A stretch of 64,000 nucleotides of DNA, from NCBI GenBank assembly GCA_026770705.1, contig JANJGN010000010.1, forward strand, positions 39,742,001-39,806,000, read 5' to 3'. The number at the start of each line of letters is the position of its first letter. Position 1 is the stretch's first letter. Shown here piece after piece: positions 38,871-52,610 of this stretch. Made by a program: the position numbers and the translations under genes. The notes beneath the pieces were generated by a model. That model saw only the letters and a program-made list of their open reading frames with translations. It searched no databases and was not told where the DNA came from. Source of the stretch: Isurus oxyrinchus (lineage: Eukaryota).

Positions 38871-41545
38871 TGTTGAAGGAGCCTTGGTGAATCCCTGCAG
38901 TGCATCTTGTAGATGGTACACTCTGCTGCTACTGTGCATCGGTGGTGGAGGGAGTAAATATTTGTGGATATGGTGCCAATCAAGCGGTCTGCTTTGTCCT
39001 GGATGGTGTCAAGCTTCTTGAGCGCTGTGGGTGCTGCACTCGTCCAGGCAAGTGGGGCGTATTCCATCACACTCCTGACTTGTGCCTTGTAGATGGTGGA
39101 CAGGTTTCAGGAGTTAGGAAGTGAGTTACCGTCACACGATTCCGCACCTTTGACCTGCTCTTGTAACCACAGTATTTATATGGCTAGTCCAGTTCAGTTT
39201 CTGGTCAATGGTAACCCCCAGGATGAAGATATTGGGGGATTCAGTGATGGTAATGCCATCGAACATCAAGAGGCGATGGATTGTCCAGGTTTTCCTGCAT
39301 TTGGACATGGACTGCTTCAGTATCTGAGGAGTTGCGAATGGTGCTGAACATTGTGTAATCATCAGCGAACATCCCCACTTCTGATCTTATGATGGAAGGG
39401 AAGTCATTGATGAAGCAGCTGAAGATGGTTGGGCCGAGGGCACTTTCCTGAGGAACTCCTGCAGTGATGTCCTGGAGCTGAGATGACTGACATCCAACAA
39501 CCACAACCACCTTCCTTTGTACTAGGTATGACTTTAACCAGCGGAGTGTTTTCCCCCTGATTCCCATTAATTCCAATTTTGCTAGGGCTCTTTGATGCCA
39601 CACTCAGTCAAATGCTGTCTTGATGTCAAGGGCAGTCACTCTCACATCACCTCAGAAGTTCGGCTCTTTTGTCCATGTTTGAACCAAGGCTGTAATGAGG
39701 TCAGGAGCTGAGTGGCCCTGGCAGAACCATGAGCAAGTTATGTCTAAGCCAGTGCCGCTTGATAGCACTGTTGATGACCCCTTCCATTACTTTACTGGTA
39801 ATCAAGAGTAGACTGATGGGATGGTAATTGGCTGGGTTGGATTTGTCCTGCTTTTTGTGCATACTTGGGCAATTTTCCACATAGTCAGGTAAGTGCCAGT
39901 GTTGTAGCTGTACTGGAACAGCTTGGTTAGGGGTGTGGCAAGTTCTGGAGCACAAGTCTTCAGTACTATTGCTGGAATATTGTCAGGGCTCATAGCCTTT
40001 GAAGTATCCAATGCATTCAACCATTTTTTGATATCATGTGGAGTGAGTCAAGTTGGCTGAAGGCTGGTAACTGTGATGCTGGGGACCTCCCGGAGGAGGC
40101 CAAGATGGATCATCCACTTGGCATTTCTGGCTGAAGATTGCGAATGCTTCAGCCTTATCTTTTGCACTGATGTGCCGTGCTCCTCCATCATTGAGGATGT
40201 GGATATTTGTGGAATTGTTTAATTGTCCACCACTATTCATGACTGGATGTGGCAGGACTGCAGAGTTTAGATCTGATCCATTGGTAGTGGAATTGCTTAA
40301 CCCTGTCTAATGCTCTGCTGCTTCTGCTCTTTGGCACTAAAGTGTTATAGCTTCACCAGGTTGACACCTCATTTTCAGGTATGCCTGATGCTGCTGGGCT
40401 GTCATGTCCTCCTGCACTCCTCATTGAACCAGGGTTGATCCCTTGGCTTGATGCTAATGGTAGAGTGGCGGTAGATGCTGGACCATGAAGTTACAGGTTG
40501 TGTTTGAGTACAATTCTGCTGCTGCTGATGGCTCACAGTGCTTCATGGATGCCCAGTCATGAGTTGCTAGATCGGTTCCAAATATATCCCATTTAGCACG
40601 GTGGTAGTGCCACACTATACGATGGAAGGTATCCTCAATGTGAAGGCAGGACTTTGTCTCCACAATGATTGTGTGGCGGTCACACTTACCGATACTGTCA
40701 CAAACAGATGCATCTAAGAATGAGGTCAAGTATGTTTTTTCTCTCACCACCTGCCACAGACCCAGTCTAACAGCTATGTCAGTTAGGACTTGGCCAGCTC
40801 GGTCAGTTGCGGTGCCACCGAGCCACTCTTGGTGATGGATGTTGAAGTCCCCCACCCAGAGTACATTCTGCATCCTTGCAACCTGAAGTGCTTCCTCCAA
40901 GTGGTATTCAGCATGGAGAAGCACTGTTTCATCGGCTAAAGGAGGGAGGTACATGGTAATCAGCACAAGGTTTCCTTGCCTATGTTTGGTCTGACTCCAT
41001 GAGACTTCATGGGGTCCAGATTTGATGTTGAGGACTCCAAAGGCAACACCCTCCCCATTGTATACCACTCTGCTGAGCCTGTCCTGGGCCAGTGTTGTCT
41101 GGGACATTATCTGTCAGGTATGATTCCATGCAGAAGACTAGTCAGGCAGCTCTCCCAATTTCAGCATTAGCCCCCAGATGTTGGGGAGGAGAAGTTTGCA
41201 GGGTCAACAGGGCTGAGATTGCCATTTCCCATGCCTAAGTCAATGCTGGGTGGTCCATCTGGTTTCATTCCTTTCTTGTGACTTTTTAGCAGTTTGTTAC
41301 AACTGAGTGGCTTGCTAGGCATTTCAGAGTCAACCACATTATTGCTGTGGGTCTGAAGACATGTGTAGGGCCAGACTAGGCAATGTCCTTCCCTGAAGGG
41401 GCATTCATGAACCAAACAGGCTTTTACAACAATTGATATTAGACTTATTAATTCCACCATCTGCCTTACCAGGATTCGAACCCGGGTACCTGGAGCATTA
41501 CCCTGCACCTCTGGATTACCATCCAGTGACAATACCACTACACCA
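38870..41545 (-). mobile_element. Near full-length CR1-clade LINE (APE + RT) with a tRNA-like 5' head
   Basis: WVGDFNIHH, GVPQESALGP, FADD motifs. The 5' end carries A-box TGGTGTAGTGG and B-box GGTTCGAATCC. Confidence 0.85.
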
Positions 41546-42140
41546 ACTCTTCCCCATTAATAGCCAGCCAGCATGAAACACACACTGAGAAATGCTCAGT
41601 GTTGCCGGGGTGGGGTCAGGAAGATGGTGGGCACCAACCTGAGGGTGTGGGTGAGCACTTCTCGCGAGCTCCCTGAAACAGGCAGCTGCCCAGGGAGCTG
41701 CAGATCTCCACAGAATAAAGGAATTGACAAAAATGCTGCAAATATATGTCCATGCAGCAGAATCAGACACCTGAAAAAAACCTCATAAAATACTAGTCCC
41801 CAGATGTCTCTTTTTATTTTATTTCCCCACGGAGATTTCATTCCGCCCTGGATCGGGGTTTGAGCAAAAATGTGAATGTCGCCTGGGAGAATGGCCTGTC
41901 CGCCAACCGTAAATGTGGATGGGCCACATAAAACCTCTGTTAATTGCATCGTTAATGGGTTTAATTGTTCACTTAATTGTCGGCGGCAGTTCTTCCGGCT
42001 GCTGCACGTACCCACCGAGTGAAATATTGTGCAAGTGCATGATGATGTCGGGAATGCTCACCTGACGTCACCTCGCGCGATTTTATATCCGCTCGGGTTG
42101 GGCGTGCACTGGTCCGTGGGGCGTAAAGTTCTGGCCAAGG
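41545..42140. mobile_element. Harbinger-type MITE
   Basis: Homologous to 20695-21345. Confidence 0.5.
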
Positions 42141-42164
42141 GCTGAGGTAATCCAGTTTGCTCAT

Positions 42165-42700
42165 TTAATCCCTAAATTTGATGAAGCAGACCTGAAAGCC
42201 TCCTTTATCTCTTTCAAACGTTTAGCACAGCAGTTAAAGTGGCCAGCCCAACATTAGACCATGCTATTGCAAAGTAAGCTTTCAGGCAAAGTTCACAAGG
42301 TTTACTCCCACTTGCCTGAGGGAAGTGCCATTGACTAAGAGGCAGAAAAAAGGACCATTTTAAGTGCGTAGCAGCTAGTGCCGGAGGCGTACCATCAGAA
42401 ATTCCTTACTCTCAGGAAATGGCCTGACCGATACATCTGGAACTCGAAAGGCTTAAGCAACTTATTTTTGACCAGTGGGTGCAGTCACTTAAAACAGAAG
42501 CCACTTACAAAAACCTCTGTGAGGCAATTCTCCTCTAGGACTTTAAAAACTCCATAGCCTTCCCGATAAGAATGCACGTGGAGGAACAGTAGGTAACAGG
42601 GACCAGGCAGGCAGCCACACTGACTGATGATTATGAACTGATCCACAAACTCTTGTCCCAAAAGAGACCCTCCTCTTGTCACCCCTAGCCAATGGGAAAG
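42165..42700 (+). mobile_element. Gypsy (Gmr1-like) gag/SCAN remnant
   Basis: LIPKFDEADLKASFISFKRLAQQLKWP..LLQSKLSGK..LVPEAYHQKF, with stops. Confidence 0.7.
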
Positions 42701-42849
42701 GGTTCTCCAGAACATAATTCAAAGTTGAAGGCAAATTGAAGATCGGAGTAACATCAAGATTCAACTTTGAAAGCAAATATAACTGTTTTTATCTATTCAG
42801 GGGATGTAGGGACTGGATTTTTTCCCAATCTATATACAGGATTGTTTTT

Positions 42850-43410
42850 TTTTTTTATTCATTCACAGGTTGTGGGCATCACTGGGTCAGCCAGCATTTC
42901 TTGCCCATCCCTAATTGCTCCTGCAAAGGTGGTGATGAGATGTCTTCTTGAACCGCTGCAGTCCATGTGGTGTAGGTACACCCACAGTGCTGTTAGGGAA
43001 GGAATTCCAGGATTCTGACACAGTGACAATGAAGGAACAATGATATGTTTCCAACTCAAGATGGTGTGTGGTTTGCAGGGGAACTTCCAGGTGGTGGTCT
43101 TCCCATGCCTTTGCTGCCCTTGTCCTCCTAGATGATAGTGGTCATGGAAGGCACTGTCTAAAGAGGCTTGGTGAGTCCTTGCAATGCATCTTGTAGATGG
43201 TACGCACTGCTGCCACTGTGCATCGGTGGTGGAGGGAGTGAATGTTTGTGGATGGGGTGCCAATCAAATGGGCTGCTTTGTCTTGGATGAGGTCGGACTT
43301 CTTGAGTTGTTGGAACTGCATTCATCCAGGCAAGTGGAGAGTATTCCATCACACTCCTGACTTGTGCCTTGTAGATGATGGACAGGCTTTGGGGAGTCAG
43401 GAGATGGGAG
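42850..43410 (-). mobile_element. CR1-clade LINE 3' end
   Basis: Same tail family as 34700-35350. Confidence 0.8.
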
Positions 43411-43689
43411 AGGAAATTACCCGAAATTCACTTGTAACTGTGGTCATTCTTATAAATGCCAGAGCAAATGACCTTTTACAGCATCAAATATGTGCATAAT
43501 ATTCCTTAGGTTCCCAATAAACAACTGCTTTCCTCTTAAGGTGTGCTTATGCCTTTAACTTTGTTTATTTTTTGTTTTGCTGAGGTTCCCAATAGTTTGT
43601 TTTTTTATAAACTCTTTTGCTAAAACAAAAGTTGCCAACCCCTAGTCTAAATGTACAAGATTAATGAATTACAGACCAGTGAGTAATAT

Positions 43690-43965
43690 AGTACAAAACA
43701 AAAACAAAAATACCTGGAAAAACTCAGCAGGTCTGGCAGCATCTGCGGAGAGGAACACAGTTAACGTTTCGAGTCTGTATGACTCTTCAACAGAACTAAG
43801 TAAAAATAGAAAAGAGGTGAAATATAAGCTGGTTTAAGGGCGGGGGGGGGGGGGGGGGGGGGGGCGGGGGTGTGTAGTGTAGAGGGGAGGATAGAGCTGG
43901 ATAGAGGGCCAGTGATAGGTGGAGATAACCAAAAGTTCTCATAGACAAAAGGACAAAGAGGTGTA
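43690..43965 (-). mobile_element. Penelope-like 3' end with a hammerhead variant
   Basis: CTGTTGA-AGAGTC..GACTC-GAAACGTTAACT at 43759-43797. Confidence 0.7.
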
Positions 43966-44298
43966 TCTGCTCTCCAAATGTTGCGATCCCGCTGCATCCA
44001 TTGCTCTTTATGTAAGGTTATGCCTAAGTACAAGGGCAGTGGAATTAAAGGAGGCAACATAAAATATACAGAATGAGTTGGATAAAATACATAACTGGAC
44101 AGAGCGATTAAGGACTTGACATGCCAGTGACTAGTTTTCCACTACATGTAATGATGGATTATTTTGCCCATAATATTCTTGAAACCATTCCACAACAAGA
44201 TAGTTTCATTGTGTCAAAATAAATGGACATGTGTATCTCTTTATAAACAAGATTTCTTTGGTTCTGTTCACTTAGCCCCACTTGTAATTTACATTTAC

Positions 44299-45833
44299 TT
44301 CCTTCAGCTTTCAGCTTGACTTTCTTAATTATAGGCTTTTCAAGGGTACTATGTATGACTTGAACCTGGATGATAGCTTCATCATCTTTATGAATATCAG
44401 GCCAGAACATAACTTTGCAATTCACACTGGAGCTACCATCATTGTTGTGTTCAACAGTTGGCATCTCAAATTTGAAGGATTCATCTTGTTCACCAAGTTG
44501 AGAACTGAAGGGTTCTCAAATTTCCCACATTTTTCATATCATCAACAAGGATATGACTTTTGGACTTTTAAACTGTTGAGTTAAATGCAAAACCCTGCAG
44601 ACAGGAGGCTGGGCCCATGAAGGCCTGGGGCTGCACATGCCCGGGCTTATTGAGTGTGGATTGTTTTGCCTGAAACCAGACAACGAGAGGAGACAGAATA
44701 TGTATTCTTCCCTTTAATACAATCAACCCGGAGAAAGACTTCACCTCACATGAAACTGAAGCCCATCAAAATCAAAACGAGACATCAATCACCGAGGGAA
44801 GCCCACCAAAATCAAACAAAGAACTAACCTTGATTTGGATTGAGATAAGAAATTTGAAAGACAGTATAACTGGGCAGTCAGCTATGAAGGAGAGAAAGAG
44901 AAATCAGCTAGCAGAAAGGTGAGGGGGGGAAACCAGCTAGCAGGCAGTGAGCAGTTGAGAGCGGTTGAAACAGAGTTTAAGCAAGAAGATCTGGAGGTTT
45001 TGCAGGCCTGCAGGCAACATCATGGCGAGGGGCACGGGGTGGCAGGCTCAGCCGAAGACAACAAGGCTGCAACCGCAGCCCTCCACGAAGATCGACCACC
45101 CACAACTGCGTCCTCCATTCAACTGAAGAACCTTCACAGATTCCACAGACCAGGACCGCGTGGGGACGGCAGGCCCCAGAGGACACAAAGAGGGTACCCC
45201 AAAGCTGCAACCGGCTTACCTGGCTGGATTTTGAACTGTCAAGGAGCCCTGGGTTGGTGAGCATGATCCCTGACCTCTCCTAGTTCAATTTAGTTAGTCT
45301 TTGGGGGTGGGACAAGGGTAAGGGGATTAGGAGCGTGATCTTTCCCTCATTATGCCATGTGTTCCCCATTCTTAAATAAGTGTACTTTGTAAGTCTGTAT
45401 AATCTCAGTGTAATCCTATAAATTCATTTGTGAGTTCAATAAACTCAGTTTTTCTTGCACCAAAACCAGTTGTCTGCTGCACTTTGTCACAACTCCCAAA
45501 TAAGTTCAAGGTCTAGAACCCAGGGAGTGGGAGCAATTCAAAGTGCTCAGGAGTCAGAGGTGAACCTGACTCACACCACCACCCCCTACAGATCCACTTT
45601 TTTGAAATAAGCTCCTGATGGACATCTGCCACAGGATCCTGCAAGTCCCTCGCTGTATAGTTCCACTGATGAATGGTATTTGGTTTCTTGTCCCAATTTC
45701 TTTGTAGCAACCAGTGAACAGAAATATTCTCAGGCCTATACCCAGAAATCTGACAATTCAGAAGAGCTTCTTGCAAATGTATAATCCATGGAGGTTTGCT
45801 GAGGTTTGCTGATATCAGAAATTTTTGGAGGAA
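44299..45833 (-). pseudogene. Paralog B post-TM Ig exon (homolog of gene A exon 5), split by an LTR
   Basis: tttAG|TT CCT CCA gives VPPKISDISKP. A 10-bp duplication at 45791-45810 shifts the frame. Then LLNCQISGYRPENISVHW.., the LTR at 44506-45590, then HNNDGSSSVNCKVMFWPDIHKDDEAIIQVQVIHSTLEKP, matching gene A CETKIFPDVDRDDEAELILHVHHKTLAKP. Confidence 0.87.
44506..45590 (+). mobile_element. Solo LTR inserted in a paralog B exon
   Basis: Termini TGAAGGG...CCCTACA; near 4-bp TSD GAAC/GATC; AATAAA at about 45438; interrupts an Ig reading frame. Confidence 0.75.
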
Positions 45834-47683
45834 CTAAAAAAGAACATTTGGCAGTTAATCCATTCTTTACCACAGAGCCTGTCATTTCAAAAATATCAGC
45901 ATGAATTCATCCAATGCTGGACATTATTACTGGAATAACAAATATTAACACAATTCAACAGTAGGGGTAATCTCTAACTAAAAATGAAATAAAATAACTT
46001 GTTTCTTATTGAAACAAATTAGGATTCCTAAGTTAAAATAAAGGTATGAGGGGTAGAAAGGCACAAATAGACAAATCACAAACCAAGTATGAAACTAAGG
46101 CAAAAGTACAGAAACATCAGGACACAAGGACAGAAGTCAGTAACTAAACAGAACAGCAGAGATCTGTAATGCATGAAGGAAGCCAGTGTTCCACAAAATA
46201 GTGAGAAAATCATCCAAGAAAAAGCTAGACCCAGAGGGAAAATCAAATAGGCATAGAGATCTGAGGAGAAAGATCAGTGGACATAAAAATCAGGCAACCA
46301 CCACAATGAGCATCACAAGAAGGGAGAGAGAGGACAAAATAGAGAGACATTATGTGTCTCACCATGAGCAACATTATAGGAGATTTAAAATATACTGGTA
46401 TCTTAAAAACAATCTTACATCTCCAAAAATGCCCCATGACACTTGACTTCCTGCTATCACTCTCTTATTACCCTTTTTATAAATTGTTCTGCCCAGATTT
46501 ACAATGATTTTGCTGATGTAACCAAGTCATTCTGTGAAATCTTGGAACACAAGTTCCCACAAATAACTCAAAATACTTTGTAAAATAGTATTACATCCAA
46601 CATTATAACTATTAATTACAATGGGAAATAATATCAAAATAAGATGTATAAATATTTGTAATTACATATCATATCAACATGATTAAATTCATTGATGTCT
46701 TCTAATGCATTCATTAAGGTTTTAACTGAAGACTTCAGCCTGGCCCAAAGCCTTGGCTTAGAATTGATGCAATTGCTTGAATCTGAGACTTTTAGTTGAA
46801 TTTATTTTTTGCAGTATGGCCATGTGTAGAGCACCGAATTTCTCTGGGTACATTAATACCAGTTAGCTGTACCATTTTCATCATCTTTTAGCACGTACAC
46901 CCTGAAGTATTCTTTGGAAAGAAATCAAATGGGATAATTTCTAAAGCATAATAAAATATAATGATTTTTTTAATAAGAAAAAGAATATATTTAGGAATGC
47001 TCAGCACTGGTGTGTTAACAGAACAATGTATTGTGTTTATAAACTCAGAAAATATATTCAGCTGAGTGTGAGACAGAGGTGAGAACACATAAAGGGGTGA
47101 GAGGAAGAGCACTCACAAACATGATAGTGGTGTGGCGGGAGGGCAAACAGGGAGAAGCAGTAGTTTTCAAGCTCTTTGCATTTAGTTCCTACATTTTCTG
47201 TTCCTCATTTCAGAGCTGTTATTTCATTTTGAGTCAAATGTTGAAGCCAGACAACAGAAGTCCATGATATTTTATTAATATTTATACTTCCCTCTTTTGA
47301 TGGACATTGTAACTCTAAACTGAGCTGTTTGGAAATAAACAAATGCAAAGTATTTAGTCACGTGCAGAGTAAAATAGTTATTTTTAAAAATGTTGAGTTT
47401 GGTAACTTAAAAAAAGCCTGGGTTAATACTTTGTTTACAGTACTTTTGATTGACTATTTGCAAATAATATTGATAAAACTGAGTTTATACCCAAAAATCT
47501 AAAGTTTCTTATTTGAAAGGCCTGCTATGTTGGGGCTCCTTGCCAATATACTGCAGTGATATCACTCATGTTGCTTCTTGCATAATTTTAGATTGACCTC
47601 TGATAAAATCAATAGTTGCCATCTCAGTACAGATCAAGAATAAGCCCTCTTGTATTTCTAAAGTGATTTGAAGAATATTTTAC

Positions 47684-47800
47684 CTTTTCTGAAATACTTC
47701 AAGTACATTAAAAATCCAATGCCAATGATTGCTGTACACACCAATATGCTAACAATGACACTTGCAGTTATTATCCCCACTGGTATAACAACTTCTGGCT
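47684..47800 (-). pseudogene. Paralog B transmembrane exon
   Basis: ctacAG|AG...AAAG|GTAAAA, 117 nt, the same length as the gene A TM exon. EPEVVIPVGIITASVIVSILVCTAIIGIGFLMYLKYFRK. Confidence 0.88.
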
Positions 47801-48614
47801 CTGTAGATAAAATAAACATGTATTTCAACTGTGAATAGCAAAATGGAGCAATATCTGTAAATTGAGACTTATTCCAAGACAATGGTTTATCTTAAAAGTA
47901 AAATAAAGTACAAATGATAGAGAAAGTTTAATATTCCATGTTAAAGGTTCCTCAGAGTTGTGATTAATATTAACCTATATCCCTCAAATGTTGGTCAGCC
48001 TTTGCATCTTTTCAGAATTTCTTGATTTTACTTGGAGCTCCAGAATTTGAAGTTTTTCTAAATCTTCACAATACTTCTAAGAAATGAAAACATTACTATG
48101 ATGTAGCTTTCTTAACTCATTGTACACTGCACTATACAGGAACAGTATGTTACATCAATTAAAAAAAAACAAATGAAAAATTCCAGATACTAGAAATCTG
48201 AAACAAAAACAGAAAATACTGCAAACATTCTGCTGGTCAAGTGGTATCTGTGGAGAGAGAACAGAGAAATTAATTTTTTGGGTGCTGAATCATTATCAAA
48301 ACAGAAGAAAGAGGTATACAGGGGTGTTAGTACAATTAGATGCGATGGGGAAAACTTTTTTTTAAACAACCGCCAAACCCAGTAAGGAATCATTAAGTTC
48401 AAAAGACCACTGAACTGGATTAAAACATTAAATAAAGAATATGACAAATGAATAGCATTTAAAAAGGAACTGCAGAAAATGAGACAAGAAGCCTGAGAGA
48501 TATAAACAAATAAGGAATATACATTACACAGAGTACATGCAAACAGCTGAGGCTGTAGGAAGCTAGGCAGATAGAATTAAAGTACAGTAAACTGACAAAG
48601 CGAAGTTCAATCCA

Positions 48615-48922
48615 AAACAAAAACAGAATTACCTGGAAAAACTCAGCAGGTCTGGCAGCATCAGCGGAGAAGAAAAGAGTTGACGTTTCGAGTCCTCATG
48701 ACCCTTCGACAGAATTTGAGTTCGAGTCCAAGAAAGAGTTGAAATATAAGCTGGTTTAAGGTGTGTGTGTGGGGGGCAGAGAGATAGAGAGAGAGAAAGG
48801 TGGGGGGGGGGGGGGGGGGTGTTGGGGGGGTGTGGTTGTATGGACAACCAAGCAGTGATAGAAGCAGATCATCAAAAGATGTCAACGACAATACTACAAT
48901 AGAACACATAGGTGTTAAAGTT
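48615..48922 (-). mobile_element. Penelope-like 3' fragment
   Basis: Near-identical to the arms of 56209-57504; 13-bp TSD GAAGTTCAATCCA at 48602-48614 and 48923-48935. Confidence 0.85.
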
Positions 48923-50399
48923 GAAGTTCAATCCAGCAGCTCAGGAACCTTGGAAAAAAATAAATAAAAGCAGTTTAATACCAAGAACGCAGGTTGCCTG
49001 CTAGTCAAGCATTTCCTAACCTGGAAACACAAGCACATCCATCCCAATCACCAGTACCTCCTACCAAAGAGAAAGTGGGAACCGAAGCGAGTAAAGTCAA
49101 GGTTAAGATTAAAGGATTGAAGAGTGCTTGATAGAAAGGTAAGGTGCTCTATCTGGAGCTTGATTTGAGCTTCATTAGAACAATTTAGAAGGCTAAAGAC
49201 AGACATGACAGAGTGGAAATATGATGGAAAAAGTAGCAAGCAATAGGAAATTTTGAACCACACCTATGTTCAGCAAAATGATCACTGAATCTGATGTTGG
49301 AACTGATGGAAATGGAGGAAGATCATCTACTGGATATGGAAGTGGACCCAGTGAAGGTTAAAATAGCACAAGGAGGAGCAAGAGCAGACTCAAAATCTAA
49401 TGTGAACTTTTCAAAACATTTTTACCACAGCTAAAGAACTGCTAAAATTCAAATTAAAGACGTGTTTTACTGAGTGTTTCTTTCAAATCTGGTTAGATAG
49501 TGAACATCAGAACTTGAAAATTGTTTCCAAAGAGATATGGGAAATATTCTGTTCCTCTTCTACAGTTGGTCTGTACGATTATAGTGCTGTTTTTTTGGAG
49601 AAGCTGGTGTCTGTCTTTAATTCATTTGGTCTTAAAATCCTGGCTACACCAAAAAATAATCTTAGGTGAGAAACGTCTTGCAAAACATTAAAAGATTTTG
49701 AAACAACTGCATTTAATCTAAGTTTGAGAAAAGTTGAAGAAAGGATAGCAAAATAATCTTTTGAAATTCAGAGTTTAAAATGGAGTTTGGATCTTCTGAT
49801 CAGAGTGTTTAAAAAATACTTCAACTGACAATTGTGAGCATTTGAGAATGTCTTCCTCCACCCCTTGGAAAAACAAGCAGAGAACCCTTTTTACTGACAG
49901 CTGTTTTTTAAACTCACCACACAACTTTCATATTGCTATGTGCATATATTTTAGACCTTACTAAAATTTAAGTTTCTAAATTTATAGATATTAAAAAAAA
50001 TTATAGACAGATTAACCCATTGGGCTCCTAAAAACAGCCAAAATGGATTCTGTTTTTTGTGTTTCTTTTTTAAAACAGGTTTCCAGGGCTAGATGAGTAC
50101 TGATAATACAGCAAGGGACCAGGTGTCTTACAAATTCAAGAACTTATCTACAGACATCAAACTTGGACTAAAGGTTTTGCCTTGTGACTTGGTTTTAACC
50201 ATTTAGTCTTTTGTTACCAATTGTTATCTTTCGAGATAAAGTGTTTGAGTACTGGGAGGCAGGGGAGGGGGGGCATGAAAGTCACCTCTAAACTGACTGC
50301 AAACACTTCTGTCTTTAAATATAAAAACATCAGTTAAAACCAATCCTGGGCATAATTTCTGAAATTGGAACTGATAAAATAACTTGCTATGAATTGCTA

Positions 50400-51490
50400 T
50401 TTATTAGTATTCTTTGTGAGATCATAAGCCTTTTCCTTTAATCTAGTACTATTCTTTACCTCCTTAGTAAGCCACAGATGGATCTTTCTTCCTGAGTTTT
50501 TGATTTTCAATGGAATGTGTTTTTGTTGAACGGTTTGAATTGTTTCTTCAAAGAGTGAAGAAATTATGGTAACTAACATCAGTAAAGAAAATGTATTGGA
50601 GAAACTTCAGGGACTAAAATCCAAAAAATCCCCAGCACCTGTTGGCCTATATCTCAGAGTTTCAAAAAAGAAAGCTTCAGAGATAGCTGGTTATGGTTTT
50701 CTGAAGTTCTCTAGATTATGAAACAATCTCAGCAGATTCAAAGTCAGCAAATGCAACATTCATAGTCAAGAAAGGATGGTGGGAGAAAAAAGGGAGAAAA
50801 CTGGCCAGTTAGCTTGACATCGGTTGCCACAAAGGTACTGGAATCTATGGAGGGAGTCTTAGCAATGCATTAGAAAATCATAGTATGATCAGACGAAGTC
50901 AACATGGATTTACAATTGTGTTTGACAAATTTATTAGAGTTTTTTGAGGATGCAACTAGTAGGGTAGATAAAGAGGAACCAGTAGATACAGCATATTTGG
51001 ATTTCAAAAAGACATTTGATAAGGTGCCACATTAAAGCTTAATAGACAAGATAAAAGCTCATAGAGTTGGGGGTAATATATTAGCATGGATAGAGATTGG
51101 CTAATGGACAGGAAGTGAGGGATAGGGATAAATGCCACAAGGATCAGTACTGGGACCTTGGCTATTTGCAATCTATATTAGTCACCACGACGGAGATACA
51201 GAGAGTAATGAATCTAGGTTTGCTGATGATACAAAATTAGGTGGGAATGTAAGCTGTGAAGAGGTCACAAAGAGGCTGCAAGGAGTTATAGATAGGTTAA
51301 CTGGGTGAGCAACAAGGTGGCAAGGTGAAGTATAACGTGAGGTAGCATCAAGTTATTCACTTGGTTGCAAGAATAGAAAAGCAGAATATTTTTTACAAGG
51401 AGTGAAACTTATAAATGTTGAGGTGCAGAGGGACTTGGGTATACTCATATAAGGAACAGAAATTTAGCAAGCAGGTACAGCAGTGAGGCT
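50400..51490. mobile_element. HER1-like CR1 fragments
   Basis: YLDFKKTFDKVPH, QGSVLGP and RFADDTKL motifs on the plus strand, plus a short inverted piece. Confidence 0.75.
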
Positions 51491-51639
51491 ACATATCAGT
51501 GAGGCTTGATGATAAACACCAAATTTACATCCAAGGATGAAATTCAGGTTTGATTAAGTGTGGCTAGAGGCATGACCAGTGACTTAAGTAGCTGTTTAAA
51601 AGTAACAGCAGAAGCTATTCTGATGAGAACCACCATGAG

Positions 51640-52430
51640 AAAGTCCATCTGAAAAGACCACCTGGAGATGGTTTTGGTGGGGAAAGAGATCATTGTCTAC
51701 TTCCCTCCAGAGTGTGCCTTTGCAAATAATGGAGAGTGATCCAGCGGTTTGTGTTGAGGTTTATCCTGAGCAAATCTATCTGTGGTGCAGTATTCTGTGC
51801 TCTCTAGTTTGTTCCCAGGAACGCACACAAAGATAAATATCAACTACGGCTGGAGGGCCATCAACTTGGTGAAAGATACACATTGGTCTGCCCGAAATTT
51901 ACTGTCTTCCAAAGAGTTGTCCTCAACTGAGTATTGCAAACTGGCACATTCTAAGGCCCAGGACTACGTGCTAAAGGACACACTAAAGCTTGGGGCAGCT
52001 GCAGCAGAGGCAGAGGCACAATGGGGAAAGACTGCTTCTAAGGCCTTTCAGCCATCGTGCAATGAGGGGCTGGAAACTATGTAAAACCCTTGGGGCTGTA
52101 TGACTGACGAAGAATGTACATTATGAACATCAAGAGTATTGAAAGGGTATTGAGGGGCCTCAGAATGGAACATGCTGTATAGAAAAAAGTTGAATTCTAT
52201 TACACTTTTAATTTTTAACATTTTGCCCAATGGTTGTATTCTTGACATGGAATGTATATTGTAAATGTCAAGAGTACTATAACTCTATTGAGGCACCCAA
52301 GAGTAGAACATGCTGTATGGGGACAAAATGAATTTTATTGCACTTTCTGTAATTTCCAAGTTGAAATGTTTTGAATTGTACTACTACAAATTTTATGAAT
52401 AAAGTATATTATTGGGGGGAAAAAAAATCC
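51640..52430 (+). mobile_element. Tx1-clade LINE 3' end
   Basis: Homologous to the 3' end of 28032-31573 (YCKLAHSKAQDYVLKDTLKLG); AATAAA and an A-rich tail. Confidence 0.8.
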
Positions 52431-52509
52431 AAAAAGCTATCAAACCAGCCACAAGACAATTCAGTCAAGGTAAAACAGCTATACCTGGAAAGAGGGGAAA
52501 GAAATCTGA

Positions 52510-52539
52510 CCCCCCCCCCAACCCCCCACCATCCCCCCC

Positions 52540-52589
<50 letters not shown>

Positions 52590-52610
52590 ACCCCCCCCCC
52601 CCCCCCCCCC
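52510..52610 (+). repeat. About 100-bp poly-C tract
   Basis: Directly visible. Confidence 0.9.

Noticed and set aside
41470-41540. tRNA gene
   Set aside because: A and B boxes are present, but no convincing cloverleaf was seen and the sequence is contiguous with retroelement sequence.
43761-44060. LPPLIP... ORF as the next exon of paralog B
   Set aside because: No splice acceptor and no C1 motifs; it runs into a Penelope fragment.
49350-50400. Possible LTR or other element
   Set aside because: No termini, TSD or coding motifs that I could define.
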